Position numbers and translations under genes: made by a program. This document shows, in pieces, positions 25,059 through 37,619 of a stretch of 64,000 nucleotides of DNA; the stretch's first letter is position 1, and every line of letters starts with the position of its first letter. This stretch comes from Ascidiella aspersa. Taxonomy: Eukaryota. The stretch lies in assembly GCA_963924565.1 (NCBI GenBank), contig OZ004613.1, positions 27,404,001 to 27,468,000 on the forward strand, in the 5' to 3' direction. The notes under the pieces are model-generated. The model saw nothing but the letters and a program-made list of their open reading frames with translations, made no database searches and was not told where the DNA came from.

Positions 25059-27239
25059 TTACAATTCATACAACTGATTGTCAACTTCTCTTTTCTGATC
25101 TTCTAAATCTCTATCGCCGTATAAAACATTGTGAGCTTCTTCTTTATTGTTGTACAAAGCTTCGGTGTCTTCTTTTTTCTGATCGTTCGGTTTTGTCTGG
25201 CCGTATAAAATATTGTCGACTTCTTTTCTTTCGTCCTGATTCCACGAAGAGTAAACGGGATTGGATACAATTTCTCCTTTTTCAATATTGCTTGCAAATT
25301 CGTACGCGTTGTCAGATGCAGTTGTAATGTTTTTATCGTAACTTAAATACAAAACGTTGTTGGCCACTTCTCTTTCAACATGTAGTGCTGCGTCGAAGGG
25401 TTTTGTTTTATGTTCAGCAGACAGATTTTGCCTTTTGCGTCTTTTAGTTATGAAGCACACAACAAAGATAACTAACAAGATTGCGACTCCAGTTAAAACC
25501 AAACCAACAGCTAACCCCGTAGTGAAGGGTAACTGGCCATTCACTGGCGTTGTTTGGCGTTGAGCTGAGGTTGAGTTATGACTCGGCAAAGTAGATGGGT
25601 AGAAACTTATCGTCTGAGTATTACTTTGTACAGTTTTTATTAATGGTTTGAAGCCAGTGGTGGAAACTGCAATATCAATGACCTGCATGAAAGTTGTTGT
25701 CTGTTTTCTTGTTGAAATTAAATTCGATATTCTAGAAGTAGTACTTGCTGCTTGTGTTGATAACTTGGTGCTTGTAACAGCTATTTAAACAAAAAAGGAT
25801 CAGCACTTGGTTAGTAAATATGTTTAAAAAAACATTACTGAGATCAAGCTTAATAAAACATTCCAATCTTACTGCAATAGTCAATACTTAAAAATAAAAA
25901 AATCCTTCGATTTTTAGGTTTGTTTTAACAGGTAAAATTTTTATTCAACAGCATCATATCATCAGTGTTAAAATGCATGAAAGTTCTTTAATAGCGTCAA
26001 AAATTATTGCAGATGGAATGTAATATAAGCTTTACACAACAAAACGTAAACGATTTTACAAACTTTACCGGCAACTGAAAAGGAACTGTGATAACTCCCC
26101 CAATGTTTTGTAGTAATCTCATTCTTGGTACTTCCATCGTATCTGCTTAATCCCTCGATGTTATGAACAATAACAGGCCCTCCACTATCTTAAGGAAATT
26201 TGCCATTTTAGCTACCTAACATTACAATAAAACCTTTTGAACCATGATTGAGAAATAGAAATAATGTTGAAGGCCTTTAGTTCACTGAAATAAAATTAAA
26301 ATCTTTTCAAATACCATAATATTAATTGCGGTATTTATTTTTCTTGACTAAAATCCTGACTAGTTGCTTTATTATTGGAAACAAGTTACGAAGCAAAGTA
26401 TTTTGCCAAAAAAAGTAATTCCACGTTAAGTCACTTTCAATTAATAGCGCGCTAAGTGCAAGTGATATGCACACAAAAATAACTGTTACACTATTAAAAC
26501 ACCCTCGTCTCATTTTATCCAGACAAGTGTTTTTCGAGCAAATACCAAAACCTAAACATAAAGCATGGAAACTGATTTACGTGCACAGGTAAAAATATAG
26601 ACCCCTTGTGAAGATTTTGAACAGAAACCATGACATTCAGCTTTATGATTTTTTTGTAGATCAAATTATTATTGATTGAAATCACATCAAGTCAAGACTT
26701 TTTCAAGCAGTGTTGGACTTGAGGGTATACAAGTCATTAAATACTAATTTTTTGGCTACAGTTTCAAAAATCTAGTGTGTTATGATAAACTTGTTATTGC
26801 AATTACTTGTGATAACGCCGGCATGAATGGCCGCCTTGCAAATAGACGAGTCGGAAGTGTAAATATCGGTTCCCCAAACTCTTGTATTATCATTCCTGCA
26901 TCCTTGTGGACAGATGACAGTGAATATTTTTGAACTTTCTGAATCAGCCGTTTTACTGCAAGAAACTGCAAATAAAGTTCAATGTTACCATTATCATGAA
27001 GAAATATTTATAAAAAAAAATCATCTAAACAAAAGGTGACCACAACTGTTAACTGCTCAAGAACGCAAAATTCCTGTACACTTGTTTATAAGAAGAATTA
27101 TTTACTGAATTAATTGTCATGCTATTAGCAAATCACCTGCACTGTTTACCAATAGGGGTAACTCAATCCAAATCAATATCCATAACAGTTGTTTTGTTCT
27201 CAATCTGCCTTTCAATATAACGAAGGCAATTAAAGCCAT
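25059..27239 (-). CDS. LCCL receptor copy 1, intact (signal-LCCL-S/T stalk-TM-NxxY-repeat tail), ~367 aa
   Basis: complement(join(25059..25780,26069..26188,26807..26965,27137..27239)). [86 protein letters not shown]. Tail NVLY, NAY, NPVY, NILY, ALY, NVLY, NQLYEL. The ATG used by copies 2 and 3 is lost (TTG at 27203); an in-frame ATG lies at 27239. Confidence 0.85.
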
Positions 27240-28261
27240 ATTTACTATTTGAAATAAACTTCGTACTTATTTAATTGTCTTCAAATCAACTCTCTTCATC
27301 AATAAACAGATGCGCGGCCAGTATTTCTCCGCGGTTTTGTGCTTATTGTCGTATTTTAGTCTTTTACCTCCTGCTTTTGTAATGCAGCACAGTTCAATAA
27401 AGGTATACTTAATTTAACCGCTTGACAGGCTATATTACCTATGAATAGAGTTAGCTCCACCGGGCAACATATCAATAAATATAAATCGCTCTTCTGGTGT
27501 AAACGAAGTATAAACCGACGTTTATATTACCAATGGTTGATTTTTGACCAGATACGCGTTACAAAGAACAAAGAGGGAACGTATGACTACATCAAACTGT
27601 TCTTGCACAACATTTTACGCCCCTCATTATTCATACAACTATACTTTGTAATTATACCTACCTACACATTCTGTATACTATACATGTCTACAAGTGCATG
27701 CTGACAATATTAATAAGTGAATGCCTTTACATTGATTTAGTTTGTCGTTTATAAATTTCCCCATTAGTCTACCGATGTATACCTTTTTAAACAAGTAACT
27801 GCAGGTTCCCCATTTTCGTCGGCATTCTCGCATATACTCTATAAATTCAATCATTAAAAGGAAAATGGAAGACGATGTACAAAGTTTATTAAAAAAACGA
27901 AAAAATTATAATGATTTTTTTCTATATAGGATACCCAAATGAAGAGTTTATGTCGACTATCTTTGACGTAGTTTTGTGTAATTGGTAAAGTGATCCTTCG
28001 GAATAAAGTTCAGGCCACTTCACATAACGTGTATTCGCGAGCCATTGTACAAATTTAGTTGTACCATTTTGCTTTAAAATTCTCAAGTAAATCTAAGACT
28101 TACCAATTCTTGTTTTTATAACGCATTTCGAGTGTTGCTTAATATTTTATTGATTACAGATCATAACCTTCCAAAAAGTAAATAATAGAGTAGTTGAGTT
28201 GAGTAATTCTCACGAGTAACGTCACCTAAAAGGTATGGAACCACTGACATAAGGTCTGTAG

Positions 28262-28640
28262 CAGTGTTGTAATGACTTAAGGCAATGACTTGACTTACAC
28301 TGGTTTAAATGACTTGAATTGACTTTAAGTCTTTTCAAATAACTCAGGTCGGAATGAACTGTTTTCCTTAAGTATTTTTTTTAAATTGAGCTATTTCTGA
28401 AAGTCTTTGCACATAAAACAAATATTGTCTTTTTCTTACTTTTTAGTTTATTTATTGTCCATAATCGTACTATAGTTTAAAAGTTATAATAGTTTAACGT
28501 TTTATTTTTATGACAAGAACGTGACTTGAAGTTGACTTGCTCTAATTATGACTTGACTGGGATTATTGTGACTTGATTAGTTATTCAAAAAGACTTGCCT
28601 TGGACTTCAGTTATTTTAAAATGACGTGTTTACCACACTG
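28262..28640. mobile_element. AAGTC/GACTT-family hAT MITE (same insertion at 40773-41149 and 53553-53931)
   Basis: CAGTGTTGTAA...TTACCACACTG; perfect 8-bp TSD gtctgtag in all three units. Confidence 0.9.
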
Positions 28641-29800
28641 GTCTGTAGTATGGTATTACTAATCAAGTAACAAAATTCCTGGCCATAATTTGACATCGCA
28701 GTAGCATACCTCGATTTATTGTCACTATTAATAGCACAAAAACGCAAATGACAACGTCACAGGCACTAATGCCACAAAGACAGCACAAAAAACACAAAGC
28801 CAACATAGAGTAGGTGGTGAGGCAAAAGAGTTGGAGTGGGTGTTGAGTAATTATTTTTAGCCGCGGGCCGCATGAGGAAATTAAAGTGCTGTGGCGGGCC
28901 GAGTCAAAAATAGGATGTGGTATACACGCAATATGACGTCATACTAAATCAAAAAAGCTACCCAATTTGTTATTACGTTTGGAGTTGTGCAAAAATTTGC
29001 AATTTAATTTGAATTTAAAGTAGGTCACGAGACATCGTGCGAAGCGCGAAACAATTGCGGCTATGTTTGTTTTAAAGTGCAAAATTTAATTTAGTTTTGG
29101 GGTTACGTGAAGCATTAGGCAGAGGCAAAAAATGTACATTGCTTGATATATTGGCGTTTGTAGGGCGCGTTGACCCAAAAGTTTAGATTAAAATACGTAA
29201 AAATTCGGTACAAAAACGTAACATGTTTTTTATTCTTTTTAAAGCTTCAAGTTACCGATGTGTTACATGCGGTACAACGGCCACATTGCAAAGACAGTTT
29301 AATTTGGGAGAAATGCACAACAATTTTTCTGTAAAGATGCAAAACATCGCATGGAACATACGAGAAAGACAGAAGACAATCGCGTAAAGCGGGAAAACAA
29401 TTTTCGTTATAGTATTTAAATCAGGCTAAAAATCGAATTTGGTGGGGTCTTGACTAAATTATGTATTTTAAGCAAAATAGGCCGCAGGCCGGTTTAAAAT
29501 GCTTAGCGGGCCGTGCCGTATGTTGCCGCAATCTGGTCTACAGTGACCAAAACAAGACATGTTTGCGATTTCCTTTAATTTTTGAAGACTTAAGATACTC
29601 GGACCAGGTGACGACTGTGGCTTGACATTTTGTTTCTAAGCAAACAGTATAGAAATCATACGATTTTATAAATATTGTGTTTAAATGACGTTAAATTTGT
29701 ACAATTATTTTGTAAATGAAGGTGCAATATGATAGAATATAGTTCTGCAATATGATAGAACACAGTTGTAAAGAGCTGATTCCAGTTGTCAAAGCAAGAG

Positions 29801-32800
29801 TTAAAAGTGATTTTCGTACACTGGCGTGTTGTTTTGACTTGACTCGACATTGGCCGGGATGGTTACATATTCCACTTCTGCCTTGGAGGGCAGTTGTGGG
29901 TTCATTTCGACGTAATCCCCATCTTTGGAATGAACTGGAAAAACTGGATTGGGTTGAATGTAACCATCCTCTTCGTCAACATTTGACACTTTCCCTGTTA
30001 AAAATGCTCATATTGTTCGATTGTGTCTTTATTTGGTAAGCTTGCAAACACTAGAAAAAGGGTCGTGAAAACCAAAAGGTTGGGAACAATCGCTCACTCA
30101 TGTTGCTGTATGCCTTGACCATGGACCAATGTTCTCATTCGTGGGTCAGAGTTACAACCCGTATGATTATATTTTTTGTTGATATTTAGACTACTGAATG
30201 ACATATTGTTGCTTAAACAAATATTTTGCATTTAGATAACTTACTTTCGATATAGACATAGTTGTGGGGTTCTGATATTGCCAATGGATTTTCATTTGTA
30301 GTATCTTCTACTTGTTGGATTAATATCTGCTTCAGGCGACATCTGACACAAAGAACACAGTTCAGTATTAGTGCAAGATACTTATCGTCAGGGTTGGATC
30401 CAAGCAGTGAAAGGCATGAGGCCATTCTTCCCCTCCAAACTGTATTTTTGTCCATTTAAACTAGGCAAATGCATTTTTTCTTATGAGTTCAAATTATTGT
30501 CATACAATGTCTTGGCCCAATTTAATTAAATCGTTAAACCCAAAAGGCATCGTTCGTCCCCTCGCACCCTTCAAAATGGCAATTGGCATTTTAAACAATG
30601 TTTTTTCGCTGTGCGCGAATCGATACATCTTTGTAATGTAACTTTTTTATCGACAGTAACACCTCTGCAACCTAAAACTTTAACGAAATAAACGAACTTT
30701 AGGTTAATTTTCATGACGTTACGTTTACATTATATTTCGTGATTTCACATTTTAAAGTAACTTTTTGAAGTCAATTCGGACAAAACTTTACGGTCCACCC
30801 CCAAACAAAAATCCTAGATCCGCACGGCTTATCGGTAATAAAAACATAGGGCAACTTAATTTTTTTTATTAAACCACAGAGGAGAATTCATCAGCTTATC
30901 CAGACATAGGGATTGGGATATTACTATAACTCTATAAAGCCGCTAGGTACACTTGCGTCACGTAAGGTACTTACCCTCTACAGCGCCACCACCAAAGGGC
31001 AGCAGAGATGCACAGAATGATAAGTAGTATTGCGGATATCGCAGTTATTACTTCAACGTTCGAACGTTCATTGATGTGTGTGTTTGCTTCTGAAAATTCG
31101 GTAAAAACAAAACAAGATATACGTGAATTAAAGGTATAGTGGCCCTGAAGACAAATATGCAAATCTGATGACGTCACTGACAGTTTATACGTGATAAAAA
31201 AAATCAGTAAAACTAAAATTATAAATCTACAAACTAAAAAAATGTTAAATTTGTTCATTCTGTAGGCTATGTGATGTTATGGACTCCAGCCATAAGCCCG
31301 AAATAAGAACAACATCAACATCAAAAGGAAACAGTTCGGAATAAGACCAAAATATGTCTAACACCTTATAGCCGTAATACCGTCCATATCGAAATAAGTA
31401 AACCCGTCGAAATAAGAACAGCATCAACATCAAAAGGAAACAGTTTGGAATAAGACCAAAATATGTCTAACACCTTATAGCCGTAATACCTTCTATATCG
31501 AAATAAGGCCAAAATTTGGACATTGAGTCCTTATTCGGATGACTTTAGGACGTATTCCGGGTGGGTTTATGTCTTATTCAGACGATTTAGATCTTATGTT
31601 TTCATTATTGCGTACCGGTATTTGGCTTCATTATGTCGCTGATCTTAGTGCTATCATATTGTAGATTTTTCTGGTTTAGGATTGTTGCTTTTTAGGTATT
31701 ATTGTGTTCCCGATGTGAATTACTATTGTTTTCCTAAATATTATAATTCTAAGCACCGTCTTATTACTATTAGCGGTTGCCCCAATACCTGTCAAAGTTT
31801 GAACAGTTGAAGCCACAGACGCTGCGTTGGTTTGATTGATGAGCGGACGTGACCCGCTAGCTGTCGGCAACGAAGGAGCTAGAACTTAAACATAGCTGGT
31901 CTTAGAAAAACGAGGCCCAGTCAAAAGAGCAACCTGGATGTGTAGAATAAGAATACATCTCCACGCCCCTATTACACGTAAATGACGACAATGACTTCAA
32001 ATGGGAGCAAATATTCGTTGGACTTTCCTGTTTTGTCAAAGTCAGTCATTTATACATTCTATTCATTTAAAAGAGAAATATATTTTACCACAAAACAAGG
32101 TATCATCAGTGTCTTTATTTGAATGAATCTATCATGTCAAAATATGGCATTTTAAACGGACATTGTAATTATAGGAACAACTTAATGAAACGAGAAAATT
32201 ACAATTTATTGCATTACAAAGAAAAATAAACTAACTTTTGGAACAGGCGACAAAATGTTAAGTGCGACTTTCACGTAAAATAGAATTGTATTTGGTTGGC
32301 GCAAGTCAACAAATTATATAAGTCTTGCGTTTTAGGGGAAATTGTAGGAAATACGCGGAAAATTCACACGTTCTCTATGGTCTAACTAATTTTTTTTACG
32401 TTTAGGCGGCGAAATATTTGACTTAATTCCCAGTCAAGACATTCGTAAAATATCTGAAGTACAAGTCAAGTCTTTTCGAATAGATAACAAGTCAAATCTC
32501 AGTCCAAGGTAAGTCCCAGTAAATTCACAATTAGACCAAGTCGACTTAAGTCAAGTTAAAACTGGTAAAGTCGTCATATTATGAGCAATGATTTAAGCAA
32601 AAAAAATACTTAATGCAAGATATAGCAAGAAAGATGTTTTATGCCCGAAAATTAAGGTGAATTACCCAATGTTTGAAAAACCTGCTTGATGGAACACTTG
32701 TCCAAAAGAATTAAGTCAAGTCAGACATTTAAAATCTGCGACTTAAGTGCACTTTATTTCATTGACTTAAGTAAATACAATACTGATAGTATCACAATCC

Positions 32801-35233
32801 AAATATGCGACTACAAACGTAGTTTAAAAGCATTTTTAGAGAACATTTTTAGAGAGGTTCGAACTCACGACCTCCGTCTATACCGGGACCGTCGCTCTAC
32901 TAACTGAGCAACACAGGCTTAGAGAGGGGCGGGTCGAGAAACAACATGACACCAATACTTGATAAAATAAGGTTTTTAAAATTGCGCTTACCCTTACTGC
33001 AAGTGTAAGTGACGCTCAAGTATTTGTTCGTCGTTGAGCAATTGTTGCCAAATACATCATTCGTTGCGCTTAGCGTGCAGCTTGATTTACCGTCGCACAT
33101 CGATCTCACTTTGTTCAACACATTTGAAGTGCATAATATTATGAGTTGAATTATACCAGCTGAAATCGGACAGCTGAAATCGGAATAGTACAATTCTCAT
33201 CATGTTGAAAATGTATATTGTATCCCGTGGTAAGAATAACAAAGCCCATACAGAAGTATAGCTATCATTCTGAACCTTTCGGATATCTCTTTATTGATTT
33301 TCAACATATTGGTCGTTAAAATTGAATAAATATTTTTTTCGGAACGTTCAAACCGATCCCTAGTCTGTATCGGCTTTGATATTCTTACTACGTCTTACCA
33401 CAACCTCAGTCATTATTCTAGGAATATATTTAGGGCAAATTTATAAACGCATAGTTTTGGTGCTGTCGCTACAGATATTGCATAGGTATTAAAAACATAA
33501 TTATTTTGTTTTGATTTTGTCTTACCATCGAAACGCTTTAAAATCAACGGTAACGATAAGCATATGTTAACTACTTCGCGATGATCGTCTCGACCAATAA
33601 TTCTCAAACTGTGTTTGTAAGTTCGGAAAGAGAGTATTTGTATTACGAACAGGCATACACGCAAACATTTTAGACTTAAAAACGTACTATTCATTACACA
33701 ATAATAGTTTAAGGAAGATTGTAAAATAACTCTCTTTGTTGGTCTGTTAAAATTGTGCTGCGAAACAGTTTTTTTTAGTGTGCCGCGAGGCAAATAAGTT
33801 TGGGAACCTAGACTCTGGTTATTCATCTTTGGTTTCGCAACGGAGTTAAGTCTTTCCTTACATTAATGTATCTTTTCGTCCATAACTTGCACTCGTCACG
33901 TTAATATGATGATCTTGTAGACACTTGATTGTTAAAGTGGAACCCTCGCAAATGTTCAAGGTGTTTTGGCCTGCATTGGTAAAATAAATAAAGCATAAAA
34001 AACAGTGTTTTGTGACTGTAGTCAATGATTTTATTGAGGTGCACCTATAAGCTATTTTGACTTGGTTTTCGTAAATTAGATTAATTATTATTTAACTTGA
34101 GTCATATGCGCAAGTGACTTGATAATTAAGTGCATTAACTGAATATATTCAGTAAAGTAGGTTATTAAGTTAATTACAATGTATAAAAAATATTAAGCTA
34201 TTTCTTTCGTTATTGATGTTTGCTATGACAAGTATTGCTCAGAGTGGACAGTGTTCACCGGGTTTGAAAGTGTCCTATTTATTTTAAGTGTCAACGACGG
34301 TATTCGGATTTGCCTTGTTAAATGACTTATGCCCGAACTTAATTTATTCATGCCACAAATAACATCATGTAATGGATATTAAAATGGCATACATATTTTA
34401 ATTACCACTGTTGTTTCAGCATAGTAAAAGTAGGTGCAGGCTGTGATGTGACAAAATAAATCTTTAAAATAGCACAATCATTTCTTAATATTAAAGTTGA
34501 ATGGTGATCAAATACAGACTCGTGTGAATTACGCATGTTTAACAATAGCTGGTGTAGACCAATATGTTACACCTTAATCATACATATTTACATCAAATTG
34601 ATGTTGCCATCACATTACTAAACAGTCTAGGTCCAATCGCATACCACTTGTCTTAAATCGTCGCCAGCTGTTGTATCGCATTAATTACCGCGCCGCTCTT
34701 GTTGATAAAATTGCAATTAACATTTCAAAATCTCGACCGAAGCAAGCGCATATTGCAGCAGCCATATTCCTTAGAACTACGTCAGGTTATGCGCGGCGCT
34801 GCTTTGCATTAGATCACCTTCAAGAAAGCCGTGGTTTACTTCTGATAGTATGTTTTGTTTTTAAACTTTTCTTTAATCTGCACCGCTTTCTTTCATATTA
34901 TATTTTTTACTTTTTTATCAATTTTATTATTATTTTGCTTTGTACAGTCAAACTTTGATGTGTATGGATTTTACTTCACTTGTAGGAACGGGCGATCCCT
35001 ATAGGCAAAATATATATTCCTTTATAAAAAATCTCGTTTTACTCGGGGGTTTTAAACTTCGAACTCTATTGTCCTTATAACGAGGAACGCAAACCTGCTG
35101 TCGAATCTAAAGGAGTTTGTCATACAAAACAGTTATGTTAATAGTCAAGATACAAATTACCTGCAGCAAACTTTGCAATCCAAAGTAGATTAACCCAAAC
35201 AAATATCATGAATAGTTGCTTTAAAATCTTCAT
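29801..35233 (-). CDS. SUEL/rhamnose-binding lectin type I membrane receptor copy 1, ~310 aa
   Basis: complement(join(29801..29994,30245..30342,30975..31089,31616..31687,31789..31878,32992..33173,33862..33970,35161..35233)). Signal MKILKQLFMIFVWVNLLWIAKFAAG. RBL ICEGSTLTIKC..SASYGRKD..C..C..CDGKSSCTLSATNDVFGNNCSTTNKYLSVTYTC. TM VITAISAILLIILCISAALWWW, then CRGC. Tail YIQP, YVEM, VEYVTI, YEN. Frame open across all exons; the 72-bp stalk exon uses a weak aag acceptor. Confidence 0.85.
31300..31506 (+). repeat. ~109-bp intronic tandem duplication specific to unit 1
   Basis: gaaataagaacaacatcaacatcaaaaggaaacagtt... occurs twice here and once in unit 3 (~56474). Confidence 0.8.
33229..33390. mobile_element. 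Small hairpin MITE in RBL intron 2
   Basis: taagaataacaaagcccatacaga...tctgtatcggctttgatattctta; related pieces at ~17270-17380, ~19960-20090, ~46347-46500 and ~58346-58485. Confidence 0.6.
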
Positions 35234-36015
35234 TACGTGGCCAATGCACCAGTAGTTTGATATGATTAAAACAGTAAAAGTACTTTTTTATAAAAACTGA
35301 ATAACTCAATTTCATTTAAATATAATAGTTCTCTTCTTTTAAACAGGCGGTGCTCAGTGCTTTTTACTATACTTATTTGCCACGAAGTTGACTAAAGATA
35401 GACCTTATTATGCAGCCTTATTACCTTATCGTAAATCTTGTGCATATAGTAGGGGTTTGACGCAGTATTTCCAATACGCCTTAGCAATAAGGAAATCATG
35501 ACCACGTCAAACTGCCTATTCAACCTTTCACTTCCCCTTATTGTTCGTGCTGCTTTCTAATTCCCCATCATGTACTGTATTAATCTTATTTCCGCATTAC
35601 TTTACACCTGACAACACTTACAGGTGTAAACCTTTTGATCAAGTAAGAAATGTTCAGCTTTAAAACTTTAGCACGTGGATACAATCTGAATCAGTCTTCT
35701 GTAAATATTGATAACGCAAAAGATATTCCAACTCACCTATATAGGATTTACCGTATCTTTCTACAATATTTTAGTTTTTATCTCTCAGTGTTATTCGTTC
35801 AAGTTTTTCATAAATAAACCGATCAGATATCTGTAAAAATCAAATGCACTTTAAGGGGACTTAAGGGGTTTGTATATTGCAACCGCTTCATGATAAAATT
35901 GGCTCAGTAAGAAAGGGTTCAGCCACTCAACTTTAATTTAATGACATTTTCAACCGCGTCATGTTTCAACAAGTGTCACATCAGTTTAGTCAAACGTTTC
36001 CATACGAGAAAAAAA

Positions 36016-36380
36016 CTAATGATCGCCTGTAGTTGATTATAGAAAGTAATATTATTCAAGTCTGTTTGACTAAGTTTTGGAAATTCGGCTTCAAAATGAT
36101 ATGGTGCCCCTCACCCCTTGGTGCAGTGTTAAGCACGTGTTTATTTTGCTTAATGGTTGATCCAGACCTGTTTCATACCTTTTCCCACGATGTACCTATA
36201 GTGGTATTTTAAACTCCCTGCGTAACACCAGTTGGTGCCCGGTTTTAGAGAAATGTATAACCTCAACCTATTTTTTTAAAACAAAAAAGTAAACTCGATC
36301 ACAAAAAGAAATCACAAATAATTAGTCAAACAGAGTTGAATAAAATTACGTTTTATAATCAACTACAGGCGATCATTAGT
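36016..36380. mobile_element. MITE with ~60-bp TIRs (also ~49036-49248, internally deleted, and ~61133-61500)
   Basis: actaatgatcgcctgtagttgattata...tataatcaactacaggcgatcattagt. Confidence 0.7.
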
Positions 36381-37619
36381 ATATCACTGCTCTTGATTTA
36401 CGTCGCAAGTGAAGATTCCTTATAGGCTTCTTTCACTCTTTCGACAAGTTTAGACATGAATAAGGTTTCTTAGAAACGGTGACACACTGAATTACTAACA
36501 GCTTTAATTTAGCAAGGTATAGCACATGTTGCAAAACAATACACAGAAATAAATCGAACCCACATTTGCGATACAGAAGTCGCACACAGGATCATTGATA
36601 CTCATAAATTTAAAGCGAGCCATGCCTTTGTTCGACAGTCAAGCTGTTGCAGTATAGTTCGCAATTAGAGGCCTTAATACTTTGGTGCCCTATATATGTA
36701 ATTGAGGGTCAAGTTGTGATCAATTTTTTTGGAAATAATTCTCATACCTTTAAACATTTATTGCGAGGTTTCAGATGATACTTGAGAAAGAAAAATAAGC
36801 AAAATATTATTTCAACCTTGCTAATTTGAGGTCTGAGTCGTTTGCCTATAGTTGTTTCATTAAACATCGATTAGTTTATAAGGAACCTTTCACAACCGAC
36901 TATTTTTGTCATGCTAAAGTCTTTTTATTGCATTTTGTCAAGTTTAAATACCCATAGGGCATGTAGTACTCGAATGTTAAATGTCGGCATATTGAAAACA
37001 TTTCTTTGTGAATGCGATCAAAGGTATTTGCTGACCACATATGTTTGCTGACATTAAAAATACTCGTGAGAACAGATTACCTTTTTATCAGTGAACACGC
37101 ACACTCGCACAGTAACAAATTTCGCGATAAAGTGCGTTTTATTGGAGTTTATACTTGATGCTTGGCTACAGTAGATGCTTTAAGTTGTAATTAATTGTTA
37201 ACGATAGTGCGACCTTACAGCCAGCCTCACTGAATGTAATAAAGTATGTATAGTCTCAGTATGTATATAATTTTGTTGACCAAACAAATACAATTATCTA
37301 AAACCGCAGAAATACGTGGGGCTACTACTAATAAACCACTTAAGCGTGAAAATTAAGTGTGGGTATCTTTATCAGATTTTAAAATAAATGTTTTGATAAC
37401 AGTTGCTCACCGTTATTCTTCAGACTGGCGTAAAACTGTTAAAACGTAAGTCTTTCATGAAATGCTTGGACGGAAGTATATGTCGCTGAGAATTATTTTA
37501 GAAAATGGCTTATTATGTTTTCTATTTTGTCGGAAAATTAGCTTCCATCACAGGAGTTGGGCGACAAATAAGTTTTTTTTCCTTTAAATATTTTATAAAG
37601 CTAAAATAAGTTGTTTTGG

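Larger units (their letters stand above)
24317..36894. repeat. Tandem segmental unit 1 (RBL receptor gene + LCCL receptor gene)
   Basis: Starts accgactatttttgtcatg; colinear with 36895-49762 and 49763-62011. Confidence 0.95.

Noticed and set aside
25001-25563. Antisense and alternative-frame ORFs over tail exons (also 5453-5773, 29752-30039 and copies)
   Set aside because: Shadows of real coding exons.
9568-27239. DCBLD1/2, cochlin or cubilin ortholog
   Set aside because: No FA58C or vWA domain, only two CUB domains, and CUB and LCCL have separate leader exons; no gene symbol assigned.
33413-33826. 137-aa ORF or extra RBL exons
   Set aside because: Intronic; frame is not conserved among the three units. 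The real exon is 33862-33970.
34671-34958. Repeated 95-aa + strand ORF (also 59793-60080)
   Set aside because: Antisense within RBL intron 1, broken by a stop in unit 2; recurrence only reflects the duplication.
29801-35233. Latrophilin or EVA1C ortholog
   Set aside because: Single RBL domain; no olfactomedin, GAIN or 7TM region and no second lectin domain.
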